DNA from: a virus
Lineage: Duplodnaviria; Caudoviricetes
Length of the DNA: 28,365 nt
Strand: one strand, 5' to 3'
IMG/VR virus record: IMGVR_UViG_3300027856_000279
Span: 1 to 28,365 of that record
Made by a program: the position numbers and the translations under genes. Below, piece after piece: positions 9,570 to 18,769 of the stretch (position 1 is its first letter; every line of letters begins with the position of its first letter). The notes beneath the pieces are model-generated. The model was not told the DNA's origin. It ran no database searches and worked only from the letters and a program-made list of their open reading frames with translations.

Positions 9570-10678
9570 CAGACGGAATTTCTTAGGACCATCGTGATGT
9601 AATAGGCGAGATATAAATTGATAACAAATTTGGTTTGAGTAGTGAATCTGTCATACCTATCAACATAGTTTAAGTCAACGGCTATCTTCATTAGAGTATC
9701 ACCAACCACCTGTTTGAAACTCACACGATTCCCAAGTCTTTTCACAGCCATTAACTTCTTTACGTAATTGTAATAATCCCTACCACAAATCTGTTTCACA
9801 CTTGTCACGTTCTTAAGATAGAGTTGTAATATCATCTTAATATCATCTGCGTATTTCAAATCAATCACTGTATTCGCAATTTGCTGGGCCAGTACGGCAC
9901 TTACTTTTGTTAGTTTCTTAGCTTCGTCAACTGCTTTCTTATCTACAGTTTTGTAAACTGTTATCTTTTTAACGATTTGATCAATTACTCTTCCAGCTTT
10001 TTCCATCTTCTGCAATTCAGCAGGATCTTCCATACCTTCTTCAGGTTCATAGGGTTTCTTTATTGCAACTCCCATTTTTGCAGCATGATAGTACAACGAT
10101 GCAAAACTTTTTATACTTTGGGATAATCTATGCCGATAGGCTAATATAAAGTCAGCTATTTTGTCAGGATTTGCTTCCTGAATAAATGGTGTGTGTTTCT
10201 TGACCATCTCTTTTGAAAGAAACATAATGGTGCTAGGAATAGTTTTCTCACGAGCAAAGAGATGAGTCTTTGTTAGATGCTCAAGGGCATACTTAAAGAG
10301 GTCGGGATTACAATACGGGATTTGTCTGTGCATTAAGTTTGAGTAATATCTAATCCCCATATAAGTTAATATTGTCTGAAACAATACTCTGTCTCTTTTC
10401 TTTAAGGCAGCATACATACTGAATATAAGTAAGTTCGTTTGAATCTCTTTGACTAATAGTCCAGCTTTTGGGCCTATCCCAACGTAGAATCTATTTCTGA
10501 AGTCTTTAATATCTCTCTCTTTCAATCCAACTGCAGCAAGTATTTCATAGAAATGTTTCTTAACTGCGGGGTAGTGACAAGGTTCAACCAACCTACCCAT
10601 CTCATCCCCGACGGTACGTAGCATGTACCTTTTAAGTTTTGGAATGTTAATTTTTGACTTTTCGTATAGTGTTTGCAT
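9566..10678 (-). CDS. Hypothetical basic helical protein, last gene of the minus-strand structural operon
   Basis: 370-aa ORF with SD AGGAGA and no recognised motif. Confidence 0.75.
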   Translation of the reverse strand: MQTLYEKSKINIPKLKRYMLRTVGDEMGRLVEPCHYPAVKKHFYEILAAVGLKERDIKDFRNRFYVGIGPKAGLLVKEIQTNLLIFSMYAALKKRDRVLFQTILTYMGIRYYSNLMHRQIPYCNPDLFKYALEHLTKTHLFAREKTIPSTIMFLSKEMVKKHTPFIQEANPDKIADFILAYRHRLSQSIKSFASLYYHAAKMGVAIKKPYEPEEGMEDPAELQKMEKAGRVIDQIVKKITVYKTVDKKAVDEAKKLTKVSAVLAQQIANTVIDLKYADDIKMILQLYLKNVTSVKQICGRDYYNYVKKLMAVKRLGNRVSFKQVVGDTLMKIAVDLNYVDRYDRFTTQTKFVINLYLAYYITMVLRNSVC

Positions 10679-10683
10679 ATCTC

Positions 10684-13284
10684 CTAACCATATATGGCAA
10701 TTGAAATATCATCGTCAGTAAAGAATATATACTCTGGCCCATACTCAAGTAGTTCTTGTTGTGTAAAGTCTTTATATGGATCAAACTCAAAAAAGATGTT
10801 TGATTCAGGCCGGAGGAGATGAACGTGACTTACTCCGTCAATTTCCTGAACTATATCTATAATTTCAGATCGGTAGATTGTCGCATTGACTCCAAATCTT
10901 TCAGTGAATCCTGCAATTAATGCTTCCTTAATATCATTTGATAGCTTCGTTGCTGAGTCTGGATAAAGTGGATCCTTATGTACTTCCATTTCAATCTGCA
11001 ATGGAATATCATATATTGGAACAACCCATCCACCAACGCCTGTATAAATATATTTCACACCCTTATTTGTTACATAAAGAATATCATCTGTAATAGGTTC
11101 TGTAAAAATCCAAGTCACTGATGTAGCATCTGAACATTCAGCTATATCGTCCTTGTGTCCCTCCCATGCTCCACCTTCATATCCAGTGACAATGTATCTA
11201 TCACCTAATGATGGTGCAACGGGTACGGACGTCAATCCAATGTCAATTACTGGAAATTTAGTGACTTCGTTTCGTTGCATACCACTCATGGTTCCAGTTG
11301 TGTGAGCAAATTTAAGGTTGGTAAAGTCTGTTAGCATCCTATAGTCTACAAAGTCCATTGTAGCTAACATATTTTGTAGGACTACTAATTCAAAGTTTGC
11401 TTGGTTGATTCCATCATAATACTCAGCTTGAATAACTGGGATATCGTATATTGTAATTTGAGTAGGCGAAGTAGCATCATTTGCTGTTAGATTAGATATC
11501 ATAAATTCATCTAGAGATTGCCTAAAGACCAATTCATTTTCATATCTTGCAAAGGCCTCAGTTACTGTACTTAGAGTAAATTGTATTGTTAAAAGATCCT
11601 CTGGCAGATCAGTATAGGGATCAATGATAACTTCGTAATATTTATTGACTGAATCATTAACCATTGCATACGTTGAAGAGTCCTGAAGAATTTTCATTTC
11701 GCAGGTTGTTGTAGCATAATCAATTTCAGTTGTGGAGTACAGGAGTCTGAATATTGCTTGGCTACCAGACTTTTGAACAGATAAAGTTGTTGCAACCAAA
11801 TTGTACTCGACTCCGTAACCAGTTACAAGAAGTGGATTTTGAGAAATTTGGTCCATAATATAGTGATAGTAAGCAGCTCTATTATAAATATTGTCAGTGG
11901 ATATATCGAATAGAGTATAGTAGTCTACTCCATCAATTGGTATGACGGTTCCCCTCTCTAGATAGACGGTAGTTATTGGAGAAGTAGAGTCGACTGTTAG
12001 CCACGCATTTCTCATTGGAACTAGTTGATCAACTACTGTTAGAGTATCATCCTCAGTTGTACCATTTTCGGTACCATATAGAAGGGTAGTAAATAACATT
12101 ATTTCATTGACTTTGATGTCTGATCTTTTTAGAATTGCTATTGAATTTGGTGCGATTGGAGAAACAAGATCCTCGTCTGTGCTTGTTAGTACAACATCAG
12201 TGTGGGCATAGTCATCATAAGTTACAAGTCGTCCAAGAGATGTTAGGTTGGCAATTGCATTACTTCTGATATCTTCAACATCTTCTTCGTCTTCTCCTCC
12301 TGTTGCTGGGACTGGATTTGTGACAGAATAATTAACTATCTGTTGTACACCAGCGGTAGTTACGTTATAAATTCTCTCTCCTGACCTTATTGAACCAGCT
12401 ATGACATTTCCGTCTGCACCTTCGGTTTCTAGTACAGAAACTTTTACAGTAGAACCAGGTATAGGTTGTACTCCCATCAAACCGTTACCAAAATACAGCC
12501 GTCTTCCGAATCCAGTTCTCCTTGAAACGTACCCCTTGTCTGTCGCACTCATCAAATATATACTTTCAAACTCGGTCCATAAGTCGAAACCAGCACTTCC
12601 TGGGTCTCTGACTTCTACAACCTGACCAGCAACTTTTCCTTCAATAGGTACATCAATTGTGGAAAACTGATAAGTTTTTAGATCTTCATCAACCTGAAAT
12701 TCTTGAATGGTTTCTTTGTACTGTCTGAGCGGAAGGACGAAGCTAAAGTTGAAATTAGCAGTTGTGTCAACATCAACTGGAAGGTTGTAAATATTAGTTC
12801 CCTCTGTTACTTTCACTCCAACAGCTTGATTATTTAATACTGTAATGTCGGTTCTATAGTAGGTAAGGAATTCTATATCTTGTGCTTTGAATATAAAGTT
12901 TTCTGGAATTGTAAATGTAGTATTAGCATCCGGAAAACCAAAAGGCATTGTTATTAAAATATTGACTGTGGAGAAAATAGCTTCTCTAGTATTGTAACCC
13001 AGAAATGCTGAGAGGTTAAAAATGGACTCATCTAATTGGGCAGTGGTTAAAAAGAACTCCCTGTATGCGGAAATCTGGTAAAACATCATATTACCAGTTA
13101 GGGTAGACATTACATTCACAATAAAAGAAAGGAAGGATGATTTGGTCAGATCAACATTTTCTAATTCTAAGTATGTCTTCAAGTGGTCTGCAATCTGCTC
13201 TCTTGTATTATCTCTTGACAGATATACCTGACTAGAAATTGTAGTTTCTGAAGCACCCGTAGAAGAAACTGTATCATTAGCCAT
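10684..13284 (-). CDS. Baseplate wedge protein (T4 gp6/gpJ-like) with DUF2793-like insert
   Basis: 'FLTTAQLDESIFNLSAFLGY', 'LYFGNGLMGVQP', 'TEGADGN' and 'ATGGEDEEDVEDIR..RLVTYDDY' match gp6/gpJ patterns. Confidence 0.85.
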   Translation of the reverse strand: MANDTVSSTGASETTISSQVYLSRDNTREQIADHLKTYLELENVDLTKSSFLSFIVNVMSTLTGNMMFYQISAYREFFLTTAQLDESIFNLSAFLGYNTREAIFSTVNILITMPFGFPDANTTFTIPENFIFKAQDIEFLTYYRTDITVLNNQAVGVKVTEGTNIYNLPVDVDTTANFNFSFVLPLRQYKETIQEFQVDEDLKTYQFSTIDVPIEGKVAGQVVEVRDPGSAGFDLWTEFESIYLMSATDKGYVSRRTGFGRRLYFGNGLMGVQPIPGSTVKVSVLETEGADGNVIAGSIRSGERIYNVTTAGVQQIVNYSVTNPVPATGGEDEEDVEDIRSNAIANLTSLGRLVTYDDYAHTDVVLTSTDEDLVSPIAPNSIAILKRSDIKVNEIMLFTTLLYGTENGTTEDDTLTVVDQLVPMRNAWLTVDSTSPITTVYLERGTVIPIDGVDYYTLFDISTDNIYNRAAYYHYIMDQISQNPLLVTGYGVEYNLVATTLSVQKSGSQAIFRLLYSTTEIDYATTTCEMKILQDSSTYAMVNDSVNKYYEVIIDPYTDLPEDLLTIQFTLSTVTEAFARYENELVFRQSLDEFMISNLTANDATSPTQITIYDIPVIQAEYYDGINQANFELVVLQNMLATMDFVDYRMLTDFTNLKFAHTTGTMSGMQRNEVTKFPVIDIGLTSVPVAPSLGDRYIVTGYEGGAWEGHKDDIAECSDATSVTWIFTEPITDDILYVTNKGVKYIYTGVGGWVVPIYDIPLQIEMEVHKDPLYPDSATKLSNDIKEALIAGFTERFGVNATIYRSEIIDIVQEIDGVSHVHLLRPESNIFFEFDPYKDFTQQELLEYGPEYIFFTDDDISIAIYG

Positions 13285-13299
13285 ATTTAATTTATCCCC

Positions 13300-13983
13300 T
13301 TAGCAGTCTCCTGGATTTGCTCCATCTCCGACGAAGTAGAAACCACTGTTTTCATCGAAGAGACTCTTTAATCTTTCTCTAAGTGTTTCGTTTTTGGTAA
13401 GCATTTTTGTAAGAAAAGCAGCATCAGAAACATCATAGATCTTCTTCGTGTATTCAAAGAATGCAAGGATTCTAGTGACTTGCTCATCGGCATTCGTAGT
13501 TGTCTCACTTTCCCTAACTTCAATTTTTAGTTTCCAATATCTTCTATCTGTGTTTGCTGATATTTCAGCGTTTGTGACTATGAAAAGCGGATAGACATCA
13601 TTGACTGGCCTTAGATATTCTTGTTCAAGTTTAATCAGATCACCAGGATAGGGTGTGATGTTGTAGGTATTCGGAAATGTAATATTTGTTTCTCCTTCCT
13701 TTATATAACCTGTATCTTCACCTGAAAATGCAGTCGCTACTTCATCAGTCCAGTATATTGGAAGAAGAAGATATTTGTCCCACCTCATTCCAGTTAAGTC
13801 ACCAATTCTTTCGTAAGATCCACCGAAGACATAATCATCTTCCCAAATTGTAGACTCTCTATTTATATTATAGTAAGTTACAAGAAATCTGGGAGCATGT
13901 TTACTATAAACATCATAGACGAGTTTTTGATACTCGTGAATGTACTCGTATAATCTTTCATAGTTTTGTAAGTAGTCTGTCAT
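13300..13983 (-). CDS. Putative neck/head-closure protein (gp14-like)
   Basis: 'TPYPGDLIKL...LFIVTNAE...YWKLKI' resembles head-closure beta-barrel proteins, and the context is structural. Confidence 0.4.
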   Translation of the reverse strand: MTDYLQNYERLYEYIHEYQKLVYDVYSKHAPRFLVTYYNINRESTIWEDDYVFGGSYERIGDLTGMRWDKYLLLPIYWTDEVATAFSGEDTGYIKEGETNITFPNTYNITPYPGDLIKLEQEYLRPVNDVYPLFIVTNAEISANTDRRYWKLKIEVRESETTTNADEQVTRILAFFEYTKKIYDVSDAAFLTKMLTKNETLRERLKSLFDENSGFYFVGDGANPGDC

Positions 13984-14507
13984 TATGCCCTCGGCATTCC
14001 AACTTTTGGTTGTCTAAGGAAAGCCATCTTTTTCATTGCGACCATGGCCATCTGAGTAGTTTTGACCTTATCGGTATAGAGATCAATAATACCCTTAATC
14101 AGAAATATTTTTCTCCCTAGCTTCTTAGTTGCATGGTCAGCATAGAAAATGTCAAGATCTGATTTAATATGTTCTCCCTTCTTTAGAACCTTCACTTGAT
14201 AATTCAGGTCATCTAAATCAGTTACCTTAACTGGAGTAACTTGAACTAGCTCGTAATTCTTTCCTAACTCCATTCCTAGTCCATCAACAAACTGTTTCAT
14301 TTTTGACATTTCGGCCATCGTTATAGTCATGAAAGTAAGAGAATCATCATACTCCTCACCCGGTGCGTTCATCCTTCCAATTATAACTCCATGAGTGAAA
14401 TATTGATTGGAAGGGATGTGGGGGATAGTAAACATTTGGGTATTACCCTTATGTTTCTTTCTGAATAATCCCTTGTAATTCTTATAAACATGATAATATA
14501 GTCTCAT
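13983..14507 (-). CDS. Hypothetical protein
   Basis: 174-aa ORF coupled by 1-nt TAATG overlaps to both neighbours. Confidence 0.7.
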   Translation of the reverse strand: MRLYYHVYKNYKGLFRKKHKGNTQMFTIPHIPSNQYFTHGVIIGRMNAPGEEYDDSLTFMTITMAEMSKMKQFVDGLGMELGKNYELVQVTPVKVTDLDDLNYQVKVLKKGEHIKSDLDIFYADHATKKLGRKIFLIKGIIDLYTDKVKTTQMAMVAMKKMAFLRQPKVGMPRA

Positions 14508-14941
14508 TATTCAATCCCAGTAATGTTGAAGTATAAAGACTCATCAATTTCAAATGATACTCCACCTCTTTCTCCTTGATATTCAACAACAATGCTAACT
14601 GTAAAACCTTTTGCACCTGTCAAATATTCAACATCTAAACTGACGATTTCTGCTCTATCATCGTAACGTCTTAGTTTATATATAATCTCGTCTCTGATCT
14701 CTTCCTGTGTATCATCATCCTGTGGGTTAAATACATATCTGTATAAATCACTACCGAACTCGGGGTCATATGTATATGTTCGAGTTGGAGTGAGTAGTAT
14801 GTTGTTCCAAGATGTTAGGATAGTCTGTAGGTCCTCAACGCGGTAGAAATCTCCAAATGGAGCAATCTTAGCTGTATAATCTGCTATCTTTCCGCTCGAA
14901 CCAATTACAGACTTTTGAAACTTTTCCATTAATGTGGACAT
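14507..14941 (-). CDS. Baseplate wedge subunit, gp25/GPW-like
   Basis: 'NILLTPTRTYTYDPEFGSDLYRYVFNP...LRRYDDR' matches the gp25 family pattern. 144 aa. Confidence 0.85.
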   Translation of the reverse strand: MSTLMEKFQKSVIGSSGKIADYTAKIAPFGDFYRVEDLQTILTSWNNILLTPTRTYTYDPEFGSDLYRYVFNPQDDDTQEEIRDEIIYKLRRYDDRAEIVSLDVEYLTGAKGFTVSIVVEYQGERGGVSFEIDESLYFNITGIE

Positions 14942-14951
14942 CTATTTTCCT

Positions 14952-15173
14952 CTACTTTAGTCTTTTGACCTCCTCTTTCATCAACTTTCTTTTCTCATCC
15001 TCAAGGTCTGACTTCCATTTGAGGTAGTCAAAAAGTTTCTTTACGGGCATGGCAGCGACTTCGGAGTATGACATTCCACTCATTTCCATACAAGCGTAGA
15101 TGTTCTCAGCTAGAGTTTTACGATAACTTGCGATTTGATCATGCTCCGAATACCATCCGAAAAAAGCTGTCAA
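14952..15173 (-). CDS. gp51-like / tail-chaperone extension ORF, probably reached by frameshift
   Basis: 'GMSYSEVAAMPVKKLFDYLKW' resembles gp51/GT-type segments. It overlaps the upstream ORF across CTTTTTTC and has no convincing SD. Confidence 0.55.
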   Translation of the reverse strand: MTAFFGWYSEHDQIASYRKTLAENIYACMEMSGMSYSEVAAMPVKKLFDYLKWKSDLEDEKRKLMKEEVKRLK

Positions 15174-15921
15174 CTAAATCGACGTCAACAATTTCATCTT
15201 GACCACAGAATGTACAGTTAGTTCTCATTTTCAAATCAAGACCATATTTGCCAAACTCCTCCAGATAACTATCATGGATAGCCCTTTTATCTTTTGCTGG
15301 AAGAGATAAATATGCATCTCTCATATCCTGTGGTTCACTGTAGACTTTAGGTTCTTTGCCCTCTGGAACGTCCTGTTCAAACTGGTCAAGAATTAGCATT
15401 TCAGTAATTACGTCAAGGCTAATTCCAGAAAGTTCCTTCATTAATCTTTCTTCGTCTTTCAGTGTTGGTTGTTTGATAATTGCTGAGACGCCTGTAGTCA
15501 CCGGAAGTGGAACTTTAACTCTTTTTGTCAATATGTCATTACCCGGGTACATATTAATACTAAATGTACTAGAAGCCTTAACCGTAACTGGAAACATCTT
15601 TCTACAAGCAAGACATCTAACATCGTAATTTCTTATTTCTTCATAGGTAATGTGATAGAGACCATATAAAATTGCATCTCTATCTTTCAATGTCACGTTT
15701 GCCAGAAATGACTTGAAATTAGTAACTGCTTCGGGCTTCTTGACAACTGAATCAAAAAGACATCTGTTTAAATGTTCTGTAACTTTTTGTGGTGTGACCA
15801 GACTTCCTTTAAGTCGTTCTTCTTCCGAGACATTCAGCGATCTCACATGAAATGACATTTTCGTCTGAGGTGTGATAACCTCGTATTCAGGATACGACAC
15901 ACCAAAACCCTTAAACGGCAT
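15139..15921 (-). CDS. Baseplate hub assembly / tail assembly chaperone (T4 gp26-like)
   Basis: 'PEYEVITP..FHVRSLNVSEEE', 'DRDAILYGL', two CxxC pairs (CLAC, CTFC) and C-terminal 'DSFF' follow the gp26-like layout. Confidence 0.7.
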   Translation of the reverse strand: MPFKGFGVSYPEYEVITPQTKMSFHVRSLNVSEEERLKGSLVTPQKVTEHLNRCLFDSVVKKPEAVTNFKSFLANVTLKDRDAILYGLYHITYEEIRNYDVRCLACRKMFPVTVKASSTFSINMYPGNDILTKRVKVPLPVTTGVSAIIKQPTLKDEERLMKELSGISLDVITEMLILDQFEQDVPEGKEPKVYSEPQDMRDAYLSLPAKDKRAIHDSYLEEFGKYGLDLKMRTNCTFCGQDEIVDVDLVDSFFRMVFGA

Positions 15922-15950
15922 CTTTGATCTCCTTTCTTAATCTCTATAGA

Positions 15951-17165
15951 CTACTTGATTTTTGCTAATCTTGCCTTCAACTTTCCAAGTTTTCCAGCAA
16001 CACCCTTAGAGCATTTCGCTGGATCTTTCGAGTCAGCACAACCTTTCAATGATGCCTGAAGGTCAGCAACTTGTGCCTGTATTGCTCTAGATCTAGCTTC
16101 CTTCATACAGGCAGTCTTTTCTTTTCCTGACTTTCCGGCGCACGCTTTTGCCCATTTGCCAAAGAGTCTCTTATAAGTCTTAACTGAAGCATAACCTAAT
16201 AAAGTAGCAAGAGCAGCACCACCAATTATAACAGCAGCACCACCACCAGCAGCAGCGGCAGCAGGTGTTAATGTATAACCACCAGCAGCAGCAACCTTTG
16301 TAGCCACAGCAGTAGCACCAGTCTTTGCTCCAACGGCCTGTAAGGCAGCCACAGTCTTCGCACCTGCAGTAGCAGCACTTGCAGCAGCACCCTTTTTAGC
16401 TTTCTGTAGAGCTAGACTTAGACTATGCTTAAGGCTACTTTGTTTGGCTAACAGATCCTTTTTTGATGCCAAAAGTTCACGATTTGTCTGATTAGCTTTC
16501 TGTAGAGCTGCTCGCGTTTTTGCTACCTGTGCTGGATCTGCAGCACCAGCTTTGGCTGATATAGCCTTTTTTATATTCTCTTTGCTCGCAAATATTTTTT
16601 CTCCGCTTTTCTTAAGTTCATCTTTTAGTGTGGCATATTGTGTACCAACAGCAGCAAGGGCTTTCTTAATCTTAACAGGGTCTATCTCTTTAGCCGCAGT
16701 GAATGGATCTTCTGCCTGCTCAGCTAGAATTGAGGTATAGTGTCCTTCGAGTCTCGTCCAAAATTTCGCCTCATCAAATGAAAACTGTGTCTTGGTTGTG
16801 TGTTCAATTATTGGAAGAGCAGTCGAGAGACCGTAAGGGGTAATTGTATCTACGGTGTGTAGAACCTCATTTAGAACATCCTCGTTTACCATATCACAAA
16901 CTTGTAAATAGTTCTCGAGAATTGAATTCTTAAACTCACTCATAAGAACCATTTCATCGAAAACATCGTGCTCAGCATCTGGTGAGGGAAATTCTTCATA
17001 CACAATAGCATGGAGAATCTCAAAGTCCGAAGCCTCGTTCATAATATGGTTCATCAGACTTTCTTTTCCCTCTAGCTCGGTCTGCTCAATCAAATTTGAA
17101 AGAGTTTCCCTTGCAGTACCGAGGAAAAGAATAGAATTCTGAACATTTGTTGTTTCGGTGAACAT
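15951..17165 (-). CDS. Probable virion protein: acidic N-domain, Ala/Lys coiled coil, hydrophobic segment and 4-Cys C-domain
   Basis: 404 aa with strong SD AGGAGG. Domain composition is visible in the translation. Confidence 0.6.
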   Translation of the reverse strand: MFTETTNVQNSILFLGTARETLSNLIEQTELEGKESLMNHIMNEASDFEILHAIVYEEFPSPDAEHDVFDEMVLMSEFKNSILENYLQVCDMVNEDVLNEVLHTVDTITPYGLSTALPIIEHTTKTQFSFDEAKFWTRLEGHYTSILAEQAEDPFTAAKEIDPVKIKKALAAVGTQYATLKDELKKSGEKIFASKENIKKAISAKAGAADPAQVAKTRAALQKANQTNRELLASKKDLLAKQSSLKHSLSLALQKAKKGAAASAATAGAKTVAALQAVGAKTGATAVATKVAAAGGYTLTPAAAAAGGGAAVIIGGAALATLLGYASVKTYKRLFGKWAKACAGKSGKEKTACMKEARSRAIQAQVADLQASLKGCADSKDPAKCSKGVAGKLGKLKARLAKIK

Positions 17166-17183
17166 AATTATCCTCCTAACTAT

Positions 17184-17909
17184 TTATCCGGATTCCTTTT
17201 CGCCATATCCTTGAACTGTTGATATACTCGACTCAATGGTTGGGACAAAGGTATTTACAATCTTATCCTTTACCCACGGTTCGTGCCACTGATAGTCAAC
17301 GTTAAACTCAATTTCAACTTCAAGTTTTCCAACAGTTTCAACATCACTGGTGTAAAGATCTTGTGGGTCTTTTGCTGGAAAACAACCATCAAAGCATGCA
17401 AAGTATTCAACTGTTTTTGCATCTGGAGCTGTGGTCCAGTAATAGATCAAAGAACCGTAAGTAGCTTTAGTGTAACCAGCACCATCATCTCCATCTTCCA
17501 GAGCGGTAACACCAGTTCTGTAGTCACGAATTAACTTTGTCCAACCGTGAAAAATATCTAAGATTGGAGTCTTGTTGAACTCAAGAAACTTAATTGAAAC
17601 TGTGTTTCCATAGTCAATGTTACCAGGAACTGCCCACTTGACTCCACCTAGACCGGTGAACTCCACCTTTGCCAAAGTCCCACCTGGAGGAGTAACTGAT
17701 AGACATGAGGCTGCCAGTACATACCTAATATCATTCAGATTCTCCAGTCCACTATTCATCTGAGCAGTGTAAGTTGGTAGAGTAGGCGGGAGCTTATCAA
17801 ACCAGACGAAATGATATCCGGTGACGTATGGATCAGCAACACCAACTGTCGTCCCGCCAAATCGTCTGGTGAGTATATTTTGACCTAACTCTGCAAACGA
17901 ATATTTCAT
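17184..17909 (-). CDS. Tail tube protein (T4 gp19-like)
   Basis: 'SVTPPGGTL..VEFTGLGGVKWAVPGNIDYGNTVSIKFLE...IFHGW...FDGCFP...VEIEFNVDY' follows the gp19 pattern. Confidence 0.75.
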   Translation of the reverse strand: MKYSFAELGQNILTRRFGGTTVGVADPYVTGYHFVWFDKLPPTLPTYTAQMNSGLENLNDIRYVLAASCLSVTPPGGTLAKVEFTGLGGVKWAVPGNIDYGNTVSIKFLEFNKTPILDIFHGWTKLIRDYRTGVTALEDGDDGAGYTKATYGSLIYYWTTAPDAKTVEYFACFDGCFPAKDPQDLYTSDVETVGKLEVEIEFNVDYQWHEPWVKDKIVNTFVPTIESSISTVQGYGEKESG

Positions 17910-17921
17910 TGAAAATCCTCC

Positions 17922-18626
17922 TTAGTCAATCTGTATCATTGATTCTAAGTGTTTTATTACCTGTAAAGTCTTATCCCAATTGCCTTCAAATCTGATTGCT
18001 CTATCATCAATATAAAATTCAGCTGCTAATTTTTCACTAGTTATCATATCGAATGGAATATCATATTTGACAAGCCACTCTTTCACCATTCGCTCTTGTT
18101 CTTTCCAGTCGGGTTTAGACTTTCCTGTCCTTACCGAAAAGATTACAACCTCATATCCCCTTTCTTTTAATTCATTCATTGCTTCTCGTGCCCCTTCAAT
18201 GGGCGGATCATAAACTGTTCCATCAGACCAACCCTTAGAATACTGGTGAAGAGTTTTATCTAAATCAACAAGAACTCTCTTCTTTCTCACAACAGTTTGC
18301 TCATTCGGATAAGGGACACGAAGGACTTTTCTCTTTTTCTTCTCATACGGCCAGTCCATAGGAAAAATAGATTCATACTCTTTAACTTTGGATATTATTT
18401 TATTTAAAATCCTTTGCTCATATTTACTTCCAACATCCTCAATATCTACCAGTGAGAGACCACAAGAGGTACACTTCATCACTGAACATGGTATATTTTC
18501 TTGCCGGGAAACTGGCTTCCCAAATAACTCGCACGTCTTGTTTTCACAAGTACAAGCATCTGTACTGCCGACCCCTGCTCTTGGGCCGCCAGCGGTTAGT
18601 TGCTCGATAACTCTTCTTAACATCAT
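17922..18626 (-). CDS. HAD-superfamily phosphatase/nucleotidase with N-terminal Cys-rich domain
   Basis: HAD motifs DLDKT, FSVR, K and YIDD. N-terminal CTC...C...PC....CTSC. Start moved from 18641 to 18626 because the SD GGAGA lies at 18639-18635. Confidence 0.8.
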   Translation of the reverse strand: MMLRRVIEQLTAGGPRAGVGSTDACTCENKTCELFGKPVSRQENIPCSVMKCTSCGLSLVDIEDVGSKYEQRILNKIISKVKEYESIFPMDWPYEKKKRKVLRVPYPNEQTVVRKKRVLVDLDKTLHQYSKGWSDGTVYDPPIEGAREAMNELKERGYEVVIFSVRTGKSKPDWKEQERMVKEWLVKYDIPFDMITSEKLAAEFYIDDRAIRFEGNWDKTLQVIKHLESMIQID

Positions 18627-18659
18627 TCGCGCTATCTCCATGGATAGTTGGCATTTATT

Positions 18660-18667
18660 ATTTGTTC
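18660..18667 (-). promoter_or_regulatory. Candidate late-promoter motif GAACAAAT
   Basis: Heads the ~9-kb minus-strand structural operon. Confidence 0.5.
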
Positions 18668-18716
18668 TTTGCTATGTAATAAATGGGATGGTCAGATTCA
18701 TTAATAAGTTGAATAA

Positions 18717-18728
18717 CTATATATATTA
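18717..18728 (+). promoter_or_regulatory. Candidate promoter motif CTATATATATTA
   Basis: Identical to the minus-strand copy at 3086-3097. Faces the accessory gene block. Confidence 0.5.
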
Positions 18729-18769
18729 ATTTTAAAGTGATATGGTTGTAGTTTTTAAAGAATATAAGT

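Noticed and set aside
16200-16400. GCA/GCT-rich quasi-repeat
   Set aside because: Explained by Ala-rich coding in the 15951..17165 protein.
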